Assembly (NCBI GenBank): GCA_029259695.1
Contig: JAJDEQ010000102.1
Coordinates: forward strand, 174,162-238,161
Direction: 5' to 3'
From: Planctomycetota bacterium
GTDB lineage: Bacteria; Planctomycetota; B15-G4
DNA length: 64,000 bases
Part shown: piece by piece, positions 35,601 to 43,473 of the stretch
Position numbering within the stretch: position 1 is the stretch's first letter
Layout of the letters: every line of letters starts with the position of its first letter
Translations under genes and position numbers: made by a program
Notes under the pieces: generated by a model
What the model saw: the letters and a program-made list of their open reading frames with translations, nothing else
What the model was told of the DNA's origin: nothing
The model's database searches: none

Positions 35601-38600
35601 GTCCAGCTACCACGCCGGCCGGGAGATCGGCGACGAGTACCGCTACATCCTCGATCGCCGCTATGCCGCGAAGTTCCCCGGCAACATGCTGCGCCGGCCG
35701 GGGCTGCTGCTGAACCCGTGGGCCGTGGACGAGAGCGATACGGCCATCGGTGTCGGCGGTGGCGCGGGGGGCAGCTTCGGCAAGGTGGGCAGGCGAGCGG
35801 GCTCGCCCCTGCGCCGTGCCGACGATCGCTCGTCGGGCATCGCTCCCGGGCCGGGACTGTTCGCCAACCTGGACTTCCTCGCCGAACCGTCGCGCCAGCT
35901 CGCCAACCTCGAGCCGGATGCCGACGGCCTGGTGCGCATCCCGTTGGCCGACCTGGGCGCCGGGCACGAGCTGCACATCGTCGCCGTGGACGGGGTCAGC
36001 ACGGTCTACGCCACCCACGTCCTGCCCGAGCCCGAGCTGCAGCGGCGGGATCGGCGGCTGCTGCTGGGCCTCGATCCGTCCCGGCACTACGCCGAGCAGC
36101 GGCGCATCGAGTTCGTCGACACGGACGCATCCACGGTCGTGGAGGACGTGGCCACCTCGGAGGTGGAGCTGTACGACTCGTTGGCCGCGGTCCACCGCTT
36201 GTTCAGCACGCTGAGCGGTGACGCCGACCTGGCGCGCTTCGAGTTCGTGCTGCGCTGGCCCGAGCTGGAGCGGGACGAGCGGCTCGCGCTGTACGCGGAG
36301 TACGCCTGCCACGAGCTGCACCTGTTCCTGCACCAGAAGGACCGGGCGTTCTTCGACGAGGTGGTGCGGCCCTACCTCGCCAACAAGATGGACAAGACGT
36401 TCCTCGATCACTGGCTGCTCGAGGACGACCTGTCGGCCTACCTCGAACCCTGGGCCTTCGGGCGGCTGAACGTGGTCGAACGGATCCTGCTGGGACGTCG
36501 CCTCGACGGGCAGGCCGCCGGCGTGGCGCGCCAGCTCGGCGAGCTGGTGGACCTCGTGCCGCCCGACCCGGAGCGCGAGCGCTCCCTGTTCCGCACCGCG
36601 CTCATGGGGCAGGCGCTCGACACGGGGCCGAGCCTGGGCAAGAAGGTCAAGGCCGCCGGCGAGTCCCGGCGCGACGAGATGCTCGATCAGCTCGGCTATC
36701 TGGGTGAGTCGGTCGAGGAGGCCGCGCCACCCGCCGCGCGGGTGGCCGGTGCGTTGGCGGTGCAGGCGGACGAGCTCGTGTACGAGACGGAGAACGACAG
36801 CGACTTCGCCCGGCGTGCGAACCAACGGGCGTTGTACCGCGCACCTGAACGCACCCGCGAGTACGCCGAGCACAACTACTGGCACCTGCGCATCCGTCAA
36901 CAGGGCCCGGAGCTCGTGCGCCCCAACGCCTTCTGGCTGGACTACGCGCGCGCCCCGAACGGGGTGCCCTTCGTGTCGTCCCACGTGGGCGCCGCCGCGG
37001 GCAGCTTCGCCGAGATGATGCTGGCCCTGGCCGTGCTGGACCTGCCCTTCGAGGCGGGAGTGCACGAGACGGCCATCGAGGACGGCCGGCTCGAGCTCCG
37101 TGCCGCGGGCCCGCTGTTGCTCGTGCGCCGGGAGCTCACCGAAGCCGCCCCCGCCGAAGACGAGGCCGCGGTGCTCCTGGGGCAGAACCTGTTCCGCCTC
37201 GACGATCGGTACCGCTTCGAGGGCAACCAGCGCTTCGACAAGTACGTGAGCGACGAGTTCCTGGTCGACGTGCCCTACGGCTGCCAGGTCGTGGTGACCA
37301 ATCCCACGTCGTCGCCGCGGGACCTGGAGCTGCTGCTGCAGATCCCGCGGGGGGCCATGCCGGTGCTCGGCGGCTTCACGACGCGCGGGGTCGACGTGCG
37401 TCTCGACGCGTTCTCGACGACCACCTTCGAGTACCACTTCTACTTCCCCGGGCCCGGCGACTACGCGCACTACCCGGCCCACGTGTCGCGGGACGGCCGG
37501 TCGGTGGCCTTCACCGAGCCGGCGACGCTCAGCGTGGTGCGCGAGCCCACCAAGGTGGACACGACGTCCTGGGCACATGTCTCCCAGAACGGCACGCTCG
37601 ACGAGGTCCTGGCCTATCTGGACGGAGAGAACATTCGCCGCGTGGACCTGGAGCGCATCGCCTGGCGCATGGGCGAGCGCGGCGCCTTCGAGCGCGTGCT
37701 GGACCACCTGCGCGAGCGGCACATGCCGTCCATGACGCTGTGGTCGTACGGCCTGCGCCACGGCGATGTCCGCGCGACGCAGGAGTACCTGCAGCACCGG
37801 GACGACCTCGTCGCGCGTTGCGGCCCGGTGCTGCAGTCGCCCCTGCTGTCCCTCGATCCGGTGCAGCGCCGCACCTACGAGCACCTCGAGTACGAGCCCC
37901 TGTTCAACGGGCGTGCGCACCGCTTCAGTGCGCAGCGGGGCCTGCTCAACGCCGGGCTGCTGCGACAGTACGTCAGCTTCCTCGACGTGCTGGTGCACCG
38001 CCCCAGCCTGCGCGCGGCGGACTGGATGGAGGTCACCTACTACCTGCTGCTCCAGGACCGCATCGCCGAGGCGCTGGCAGCCTTCGCCCGCGTGCAGCCC
38101 GAAGAGCTGTCGATGCAGTTGCAATACGACTACGCCCGGGCCTACCTCGACTTCTTCAGCGAGGAGCGGGCGCTGGCCCGGCCCATCGCCGAGGCTCACG
38201 CCGACCACCCGGTCCCGCGCTGGCAGGCACGCTTCCGGGATGTGATCGCCCATCTCGACGAGGCGCAGGGGGGCGCGGTGGCCGGGGCCGGCGACGACGA
38301 CCTCGCGGCGCAGCAGACGGCCCTGGCCGCGTCCGAACCGTCGCTGGAGCTGGACGTCGAGGCGCGCCGCATCACGTTGCGACACGACAACCTGGACGAG
38401 GTCCGGCTGAGCTTCTACGCGATGGACGTGGAGTTCCTGTTCTCGACCAGTCCCTTCGTGCAGCAGGGCGCGGGCTCGTTCGCCTACGTCAAGCCCAACC
38501 GCAGCGACGTGATCGCGCTCGACGCCGACGCGGGGTCCACCACGATCGATCTGCCGGCCGAGTTCGGCAGCGCCAACGTGCTGGTCGAGGCCCGCGCGGC

Positions 38601-38910
38601 GGGCGTGGTGCGCAGGCAGGCTTCCTACGCCAACAGCCTGGTGGTCGCGGTGTTCGAGAACTACGGCCAGCTCAAGGTCACGGACACCGAGACCGGAGCG
38701 CCGCTGGCACGCAGCTACGTGAAGGTCTTCGCGCGCACGTCCGGCGGGTCGACCCGCTTCCACAAGGACGGCTACACCGACCTGCGCGGCCGCTTCGACT
38801 ACGCCTCGCTCTCGGGCAGCGGCGCCACCGACGTGGAGCGCTTCGCCGTGCTGGTGCTCAGCGAGACCCACGGGGCCGTGATCCGCGAGCTGGCGCCGCC
38901 CACCCGCTGA
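32647..38910 (+). CDS. Very large (2087 aa) secreted protein of unknown function
   Basis: ATG at 32647 with signal peptide MPRCSFSRLVVMFTWIVAFGGVSSVPALG. GC3-rich throughout. The N-terminal third reads as helical and the middle contains several beta-sandwich-like segments. The C-terminal module is CarboxypepD_reg-like (YVKVFARTSGGSTRFHKDGYTDLRGRFDY). I recognise no catalytic motif. Confidence 0.85.
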   Translation: MPRCSFSRLVVMFTWIVAFGGVSSVPALGQGTAGPYGFEEQFAFAVDREAVLDQLVPGSREDYYYRCLLHQHAGEFDQVERLLKSWIQSHGRDSRVQRIQARQALLTFDGDPAATYDFLRRELGLSFNHRREVPGQMPDLPTRLDPTLISRETLTRRALANSKTLRGFNDSALPFLLASDLDGDRLRGVLERLERPDHPNLPALIVRDLDHRQSRGFGSIPIHRKLLAAQLEECLRLRPSLLDDRVFVETLLQRLQPDADVDWQRNGAARQAYLDRLESFTRRLPPVHDSLTAHVLHHRLLFDRSRGVHDKERFMTYLRLPRPSQHVLPGYRQQRSRTTGVVDLSVRFPTGLDPVLNDEDLVRDYLTHFFRQEESWQPYAEFVRDDYLRRVFAETKILYGLGEDSDAAERWYAMLDDPAYYERLKDRVEIDFAPTQQRFFGADEEVVLDLDVKHVDTLLVKVFEINTFNFHAEREQDVDASIELDGLVASEETVHTYDESPLRRVRRSFSFPALSQPGTYVVELIGNGMSSRAVIRKGALQVVERVGAAGHVCRVLDEAGQHLRDASIWMAGRQYEPDEQGEIAIPFSTEPGTRKLVLRHGELSALAEFQHQAETYELFAGISIDRESLIADATATILVRPTLQVNGRAASLALLEDVVLTITSRDRDGVSSTLEVRDPELGPGGELLHTIDVPPGLASLTVDLAGRVANLSTGQDERLHAPRRVFPVNVIDTTERTWTALLGRTEDGYVLDVLGKNGEPKPHRALGLELDHRDFSDPVQVQLMTDARGRVDLGRLRDITAVYTKALPSEVDQWDLVTYARTYPHRLHGVAGEVLRVPYQGAATRVSRDVASLLELRGGQFALDRFGHLALADGFLELRELPPGDYDLWLPEAERSIEVRVGVGQRDGRWILGDARRLPVDQPPPLHVTDVGVTGDALEIRLANAGARTRVHVVATRFVAAFDPFAMLATPADRGRPVESMLHPASSYHAGREIGDEYRYILDRRYAAKFPGNMLRRPGLLLNPWAVDESDTAIGVGGGAGGSFGKVGRRAGSPLRRADDRSSGIAPGPGLFANLDFLAEPSRQLANLEPDADGLVRIPLADLGAGHELHIVAVDGVSTVYATHVLPEPELQRRDRRLLLGLDPSRHYAEQRRIEFVDTDASTVVEDVATSEVELYDSLAAVHRLFSTLSGDADLARFEFVLRWPELERDERLALYAEYACHELHLFLHQKDRAFFDEVVRPYLANKMDKTFLDHWLLEDDLSAYLEPWAFGRLNVVERILLGRRLDGQAAGVARQLGELVDLVPPDPERERSLFRTALMGQALDTGPSLGKKVKAAGESRRDEMLDQLGYLGESVEEAAPPAARVAGALAVQADELVYETENDSDFARRANQRALYRAPERTREYAEHNYWHLRIRQQGPELVRPNAFWLDYARAPNGVPFVSSHVGAAAGSFAEMMLALAVLDLPFEAGVHETAIEDGRLELRAAGPLLLVRRELTEAAPAEDEAAVLLGQNLFRLDDRYRFEGNQRFDKYVSDEFLVDVPYGCQVVVTNPTSSPRDLELLLQIPRGAMPVLGGFTTRGVDVRLDAFSTTTFEYHFYFPGPGDYAHYPAHVSRDGRSVAFTEPATLSVVREPTKVDTTSWAHVSQNGTLDEVLAYLDGENIRRVDLERIAWRMGERGAFERVLDHLRERHMPSMTLWSYGLRHGDVRATQEYLQHRDDLVARCGPVLQSPLLSLDPVQRRTYEHLEYEPLFNGRAHRFSAQRGLLNAGLLRQYVSFLDVLVHRPSLRAADWMEVTYYLLLQDRIAEALAAFARVQPEELSMQLQYDYARAYLDFFSEERALARPIAEAHADHPVPRWQARFRDVIAHLDEAQGGAVAGAGDDDLAAQQTALAASEPSLELDVEARRITLRHDNLDEVRLSFYAMDVEFLFSTSPFVQQGAGSFAYVKPNRSDVIALDADAGSTTIDLPAEFGSANVLVEARAAGVVRRQASYANSLVVAVFENYGQLKVTDTETGAPLARSYVKVFARTSGGSTRFHKDGYTDLRGRFDYASLSGSGATDVERFAVLVLSETHGAVIRELAPPTR

Positions 38911-38955
38911 GCTGCGATTCAGCGACGGCTCTCGAGGGCGGGCTCGTCCCCGGGC

Positions 38956-39042
38956 GGTGCGCACGTGCGCGGCGGCTCCCGTGGGCCGCTCGCCCCCCGG
39001 CGCTGCGCATGTGCACGGCGGCCCTCGCGGGCCGCTCGCCCC
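38956..39042. repeat. Two imperfect direct repeats of about 41 nt (period 46 nt), each containing a short palindrome
   Basis: Unit 1 is 38956-38996 and unit 2 is 39002-39042, with 35 of 41 positions identical by hand alignment. Unit 1 contains the perfect palindrome GCGCACGTGCGC. They lie between convergent stops at 38910 and 39053. Confidence 0.7.
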
Positions 39043-39052
39043 GGCCCCCGCG

Positions 39053-41542
39053 CTAGTCTTCCGACAGGAAGTCGAGCAGCGCGCGGATGTAGTGCTGGTT
39101 CTCCAGGCGCGTGTCGAGCTGGTGCAGGGTGTCGTGCGCGTAGAACGCCTCGAGCTGCTCGGCGCCCTTCTCGAGGAAGCAGTGGTCGCGGGTCTGTCGC
39201 CAGGCCTCCGCTTGTGCCAGCAGGATCGAGTGGAAGTCGCTGGAGGGGAAGGCCGTGATCTCCTGCAGCGTCACCGCGTAGCTCAACGCGATGCGCCGGT
39301 CGCCGGGGTCGGGGAACAGCGGGTGCAGCTCGTTGGCGGTCCAGAAGGCCAGGTCCTGCAGGCGCTTGGAGGCGATCACCGACAGCGGGTCGTCCGAGCC
39401 GAGGTAGTCGGCGCAGAGGTAGTAGGCCATGGGGCCCAGGGTGGCGCTGATCCAACCCCGGGTCTGGAAGTTCTCGCCCGGCGGCTTCTCGCTGTTGTTC
39501 TGGGTCGAGTTGACGAAGTAGCCCCGCGTGCCCATACCCGGCGGTCCGTCCCAGCCGAAGCCCGACGAGTCGGAGTTCACGTCGATGGTCGGGAACAGGA
39601 TGTACTCGAGGCGCTGGCGCAGCGAGGCGTCGATGGGGGCGCGCAGTTCGGGGCGGTCGCGCACGAAGCGTCCCACGACGGTGTGCGCACGGAGCGTCTG
39701 GTACATCGATCGCTCCTGGGCCGTGATGCTGAGTCCGGGCAGGATCTCGGCCTCGTCGAGCAGCGCCTCGCGCAAGCGTTCATCACCCGTGAGGTGGTAC
39801 GCGAGCGCGATCCCCTCGCGGTAGCGGTGCTCGAGGTCCGCCTTGAACGCCATCGAGTGCTCGGACTCGTCGTTGATCGCACCGGGGTCGTCGTCGTGGT
39901 GGAAATCGTCCGAGCGCAGGATCTGCCACTCGCTCTTGTAGAGCGCGAGGTCCAGGGCCTGCAGGTAGGGGCCGCCGCGGCCGAAACGCAGGTAGACGTC
40001 GGCCAGGTCCTTCTGGATGACCGCGTGGTTGTTGAAGCCGCCGGTCTGGCCGGCGGGCAGGAAGCGCATCACGCTCATGTCGTCGTTGGGCACGATGACC
40101 TGGTGGTCGAGGCCGAGCAGGGTGTAGACCGCCTCCTGTTCGTCCGGCGTGACCAGGTCGAAGGGGAACACGCCCGCGGCGTCGTAGTCGAGGTACTCGC
40201 CGTAGCGGCCGGCGACGGCGGTGTCGGTGCGGCGCGCCACCTCGATCGGCGGGTCGGGCTCTGCCCCGGACGGTCCGTGGAACGAGAACGTCGCCGTGCG
40301 GCTCTCGTGCTGGCGCCACACGAACGTGTAGCCGAACGGATTGCGATGGGTGAACAGGCCGGCGACCATGTCGCCCTTGCCGTTGGCCTCCAGCGCCGCG
40401 GGCCAGAAGTACGGCATGTGACGGATGACGATGGTGGCGCCGCCGATGCTGCCGCTCAGGTCGACGTACCCGTGTCGCGGCCAGGCGTCCCGGTCCCCTT
40501 CGAACAGGGTCTCGCCGTTGAGCTGCAGCCGGAAACCTTCGTCGGCCAGGGTCTGGCCGTCGAGCTTGGGGATGTGGGGCTTGTAGTTCGGGCCGTCGCC
40601 CAGCACACCGCGGGTGTCACTGGAGGCGAACGCCTGGTGGATGTGTGCGCACGAGCCGGGGGGCAGGGGCATGGACGCCTCTTCCACCGGATGGGCGAAG
40701 CGCGCCACGGGGTCGTCGCCGTGATCGATGTCGACGTGCAGCTCCAGGCCGCCGATGCGCGTGTGTTGCGGGCGTCCGATGCCGGCGTTGCGCACGGTGA
40801 GCGTGACGTCCAGGTCGCGGGACTCGGCCGTGCCCTCGATGCGGCAGGTGAAGTCCACCACCTCGTTGCCGCTCGCGTCGGTCATCACGCCGTCGGCGCG
40901 CAGCATGGCCCGGGCCGGGCCGTTGTGTTCCACGCTCACCTGCGTGGGCCCGCGCACGAGGGTCTGGCCGTTGGCCGTGCGCCCGATCAGTCCCCGGCTC
41001 TTGCCGTCGCGCACGAGCAGGATGCCGTCGACGACGACCCGGTCGAACAGGTTGAAGTCCTGCTTGCTGACCCGCGCGCGCAGCGGTCCCGTGTCGATCA
41101 GGAAGTGCGAGCCCTCGTCGCTGATGATCTCGCGCTGATCGGACAGGCCCGGCCCCGTGGCCAGGTTGACGACGACGGGTGGGGCGTTGCGTCCCACGTC
41201 CGCGAGCACGTCGACCAGGACCCAGCGCACCGAGCCGTCGGGCCAGGTGTCGAGCGCGCGGAACTGCCACACGTCCGCGTTCTGCAGTCCCAGCCGCGGG
41301 CGTCCGTCGAAGAAGGTGATCTCGCCCTGGGCGAACGGGAGCCCGAACGTCGCGACGCGCGGGCGCAGTTCGGGGAGCTGGATGTCCGACGGTGCGATGG
41401 CCTCGACCAGGGCCGTGGCGATGGTCTCGTTGCCGACCGTCGCGCCCGGTGCGATCGTCACCTTGCTGCTGCCGCCACCGCCGCCGCACGCCGGCAGGAC
41501 GCACGCCAACAGGAGGCTGGGCACGAAGCGAAGGGTGAGCAT
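39053..41542 (-). CDS. Large lipoprotein (829 aa) of unknown function
   Basis: ATG at 41542 gives MLTLRFVPSLLLACVLPACGGGGGSS (lipobox LPAC). GC3-rich frame. The track start at 41584 adds 14 unsupported residues. Confidence 0.8.
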   Translation of the reverse strand: MLTLRFVPSLLLACVLPACGGGGGSSKVTIAPGATVGNETIATALVEAIAPSDIQLPELRPRVATFGLPFAQGEITFFDGRPRLGLQNADVWQFRALDTWPDGSVRWVLVDVLADVGRNAPPVVVNLATGPGLSDQREIISDEGSHFLIDTGPLRARVSKQDFNLFDRVVVDGILLVRDGKSRGLIGRTANGQTLVRGPTQVSVEHNGPARAMLRADGVMTDASGNEVVDFTCRIEGTAESRDLDVTLTVRNAGIGRPQHTRIGGLELHVDIDHGDDPVARFAHPVEEASMPLPPGSCAHIHQAFASSDTRGVLGDGPNYKPHIPKLDGQTLADEGFRLQLNGETLFEGDRDAWPRHGYVDLSGSIGGATIVIRHMPYFWPAALEANGKGDMVAGLFTHRNPFGYTFVWRQHESRTATFSFHGPSGAEPDPPIEVARRTDTAVAGRYGEYLDYDAAGVFPFDLVTPDEQEAVYTLLGLDHQVIVPNDDMSVMRFLPAGQTGGFNNHAVIQKDLADVYLRFGRGGPYLQALDLALYKSEWQILRSDDFHHDDDPGAINDESEHSMAFKADLEHRYREGIALAYHLTGDERLREALLDEAEILPGLSITAQERSMYQTLRAHTVVGRFVRDRPELRAPIDASLRQRLEYILFPTIDVNSDSSGFGWDGPPGMGTRGYFVNSTQNNSEKPPGENFQTRGWISATLGPMAYYLCADYLGSDDPLSVIASKRLQDLAFWTANELHPLFPDPGDRRIALSYAVTLQEITAFPSSDFHSILLAQAEAWRQTRDHCFLEKGAEQLEAFYAHDTLHQLDTRLENQHYIRALLDFLSED

Positions 41543-41732
41543 GGTGCGGGGTCCGGGGCTGCGGGATTCACCACGCAGAGTCACGAATTCCCGGGGTTCA
41601 AACGAGGCCGGCGGCCCCCCTCGGCGGCCGCAACGGAGCGAGGTGGTCGCGGAGATCCACGCGGCTTCCCGAAGCTCGCCTCAGCGGTGGATTGTGGTTG
41701 AAATCCGTGCGCCGGGCGACTGCGAAACGGGG

Positions 41733-42440
41733 TTACTCGTGCAACAGGCCTTCGTCGAGCACGAAGTCCAGGACGCGTCGGGCCATGACCGCGTGGCCCG
41801 CGGCATTGGGGTGCAGGCCGTCCCGTTGCATGCGGCCGGGGACCTGCAGGACGTCCTCGAGCAGGTCGCGCAACAGCGGGATGTCGAACTCCTCGGCCAC
41901 GTGTTCGTAGGCCGCTTCGAACTCCCGCCGATAGGTGGCCGGGATGGGGGCCGGCAGACGCAGCCCCACCAGTCCCACGCGCACGCCGGCGTGCTGCAGG
42001 CGCTGCACGATCGTGCTCAGGTTGCGGGCCATGATGTTCACCGACTGGCCGCGCAGTCCGTCGTTGCCACCGAGTGCGACCAGTGCCACGTCGGCGTGGC
42101 GCCGCATGGACTCACCGAGACGCGCCAACGCATCGTGGGTGGTCGCTCCCGAGACACCGGCGTTGATGCTCTGCGCCTCCCAACCGCGGGTGTCGAGGGC
42201 CGCGTTCACCTGCGCGGGGTAGGCCTCGGTACGGGACACGCCGTAGCCGGCCGTGAGGCTGTCACCGATGAACAGCAAGGTGACCGGTCCGGGGGCGGGG
42301 GACGCGGCCGCCCCGGGGCTGCACGCACCGGGCGCGCCGGTGACCAACGCGAGCACGAGGGCGCGCAGTGCGACCGGCAGGCTGGAGGCACCCCGACCGC
42401 GGCGCGGACGGTGCCGACTTCGATGGACCTGGGCTGACAT
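41733..42440 (-). CDS. SGNH/GDSL hydrolase (TesA-like arylesterase/lysophospholipase)
   Basis: Block I FIGDSLTAGYG, block III LGGNDGL, and block V DGLHPN. ATG at 42440 with a signal-like N-terminus. Confidence 0.85.
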   Translation of the reverse strand: MSAQVHRSRHRPRRGRGASSLPVALRALVLALVTGAPGACSPGAAASPAPGPVTLLFIGDSLTAGYGVSRTEAYPAQVNAALDTRGWEAQSINAGVSGATTHDALARLGESMRRHADVALVALGGNDGLRGQSVNIMARNLSTIVQRLQHAGVRVGLVGLRLPAPIPATYRREFEAAYEHVAEEFDIPLLRDLLEDVLQVPGRMQRDGLHPNAAGHAVMARRVLDFVLDEGLLHE

Positions 42441-42527
42441 GGTCACCGGATGTAGCATCGTGCGCGGCCGGCGGCCAGCCGGGAGCCGTCCCAGCCACCA
42501 CCGTCTCCGACGCCATGGCGAGCGCCC

Positions 42528-43328
42528 ATGACCAGCCCGCAACAGGTGACCGACGGAATCGGTCGCACGGTGAGCCTGGACGCACCGCCTGAGCGCATCG
42601 TCTCGCTCGTTCCGTCCACCACCGAGACGCTGGCGGCGTGGGGGCTCGGTGCGCGCGTGGTCGGTCGCACGCGCTACTGCGTTCATCCCCAACCGTGGGT
42701 GCTGTCCGTGGCGGACGTGGGCGGCACGAAGAACCCGAGGGTCGACGCGATCGCCGCGCTCACGCCGGACCTGATCGTGGGCAATCAGGAAGAGAACCGG
42801 CCCGCGCTGTGGCCCGAGCTGGAGCGGGTCTCGACCGTGTACGTGGCCTATCCGCGCACCGTGGACGAGGCGCTGGACGACCTGCGGCGCATGTCCGTGC
42901 TGGTCGGCGCCGCGGACCAGGGCACGGCCTGGGCGCACCGGATCGAGGCCGCGCGGCGTGAGGCGCGAGCTCGAGCGGTGCCGTTCCGCTACGTCTACCT
43001 GATCTGGCGCGAGCCGTGGATGACGATCTCCGACGACACTTTCGTGGCGTCCATGCTGGGCAGCGTGGGCGGGCGCAACGCGTTCGGCGATCGGAGCGAG
43101 CGCTACCCCGCGGTCACGTCGGCCGAGATCGAAGCGGCACAGCCCGAGTGGATCTTCCTCAGCACCGAGCCGTATGCGTTCGAGGCGCGGCACGCGGCCG
43201 AACTGGGCGCCCTCGCGCCCCGCTGCCGCCTGATCGACGGAGAGCTGACGAGCTGGCACGGGGTGCGGATGGCTGCGGCCTTCCCCTACCTGGCCGCACT
43301 CGTGCAGCGGCGCGACGACGACCGCTGA
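42528..43328 (+). CDS. BtuF/TroA-like periplasmic-binding-fold protein (cobalamin-binding or helical-backbone metal receptor family)
   Basis: PERIVSLVPSTTETLAAWGLGARVVGRTRYC and DLIVGNQEEN are typical of this family. No signal peptide as read. Confidence 0.7.
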   Translation: MTSPQQVTDGIGRTVSLDAPPERIVSLVPSTTETLAAWGLGARVVGRTRYCVHPQPWVLSVADVGGTKNPRVDAIAALTPDLIVGNQEENRPALWPELERVSTVYVAYPRTVDEALDDLRRMSVLVGAADQGTAWAHRIEAARREARARAVPFRYVYLIWREPWMTISDDTFVASMLGSVGGRNAFGDRSERYPAVTSAEIEAAQPEWIFLSTEPYAFEARHAAELGALAPRCRLIDGELTSWHGVRMAAAFPYLAALVQRRDDDR

Positions 43329-43351
43329 GGGCCGCTGCGCCGGGGAGCGCG

Positions 43352-43435
43352 CCGGACAGCGGCCGGACAGCGGCTGGGCAGCGGCTGGGCAGCGGGCCTG
43401 GCAGACTGGCCTGGCAGACTGGCTGGGCAGCGGGC
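43352..43435. repeat. Seven tandem units of 11-13 nt (CCGGACAGCGG x2, CTGGGCAGCGG(GC) x3, CTGGCAGACTGG(C) x2)
   Basis: Units begin at 43352, 43363, 43374, 43385, 43398, 43411 and 43423. They lie between convergent stops at 43328 and 43474. Confidence 0.8.
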
Positions 43436-43440
43436 CTGCA

Positions 43441-43462
43441 CGAGCGCGCGCCGGCGCGCTCG
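43441..43462. terminator. GC hairpin between convergent genes
   Basis: CGAGCGCGC, loop gccg, GCGCGCTCG (9-bp stem), 12 nt from the Nramp stop. Confidence 0.45.
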
Positions 43463-43473
43463 AGGTCGGTGTG

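Noticed and set aside
33652-38964. 1770-aa ORF on the minus strand, antisense to the giant gene
   Set aside because: It is in exact codon register with the plus-strand gene (both codon starts are congruent to 1 mod 3). Stops in that register require sense codons TTA, CTA or TCA, which a GC3-rich gene avoids. The translation is Arg/Gly/Ala/Pro-rich low-complexity text with no motifs. I regard it as a shadow ORF.
38957-41701. 914-aa plus-strand ORF, together with the similar long ORFs 22008..24188 (+), 46780..49530 (+), 58013..61024 (-), 5785..7188 (+) and 6791..8287 (-)
   Set aside because: Each lies antisense to a gene with clear family motifs. The four I checked (38957..41701, 22008..24188, 46780..49530, 58013..61024) are in the same codon register as that gene. 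All have the R/G/A/P/H-rich composition typical of shadow frames in high-GC DNA.
42441-42527. Cobalamin riboswitch upstream of the BtuF-like gene
   Set aside because: The divergent intergenic gap is only 87 nt, too short for the roughly 200-nt element, and I saw no B12-box-like sequence.
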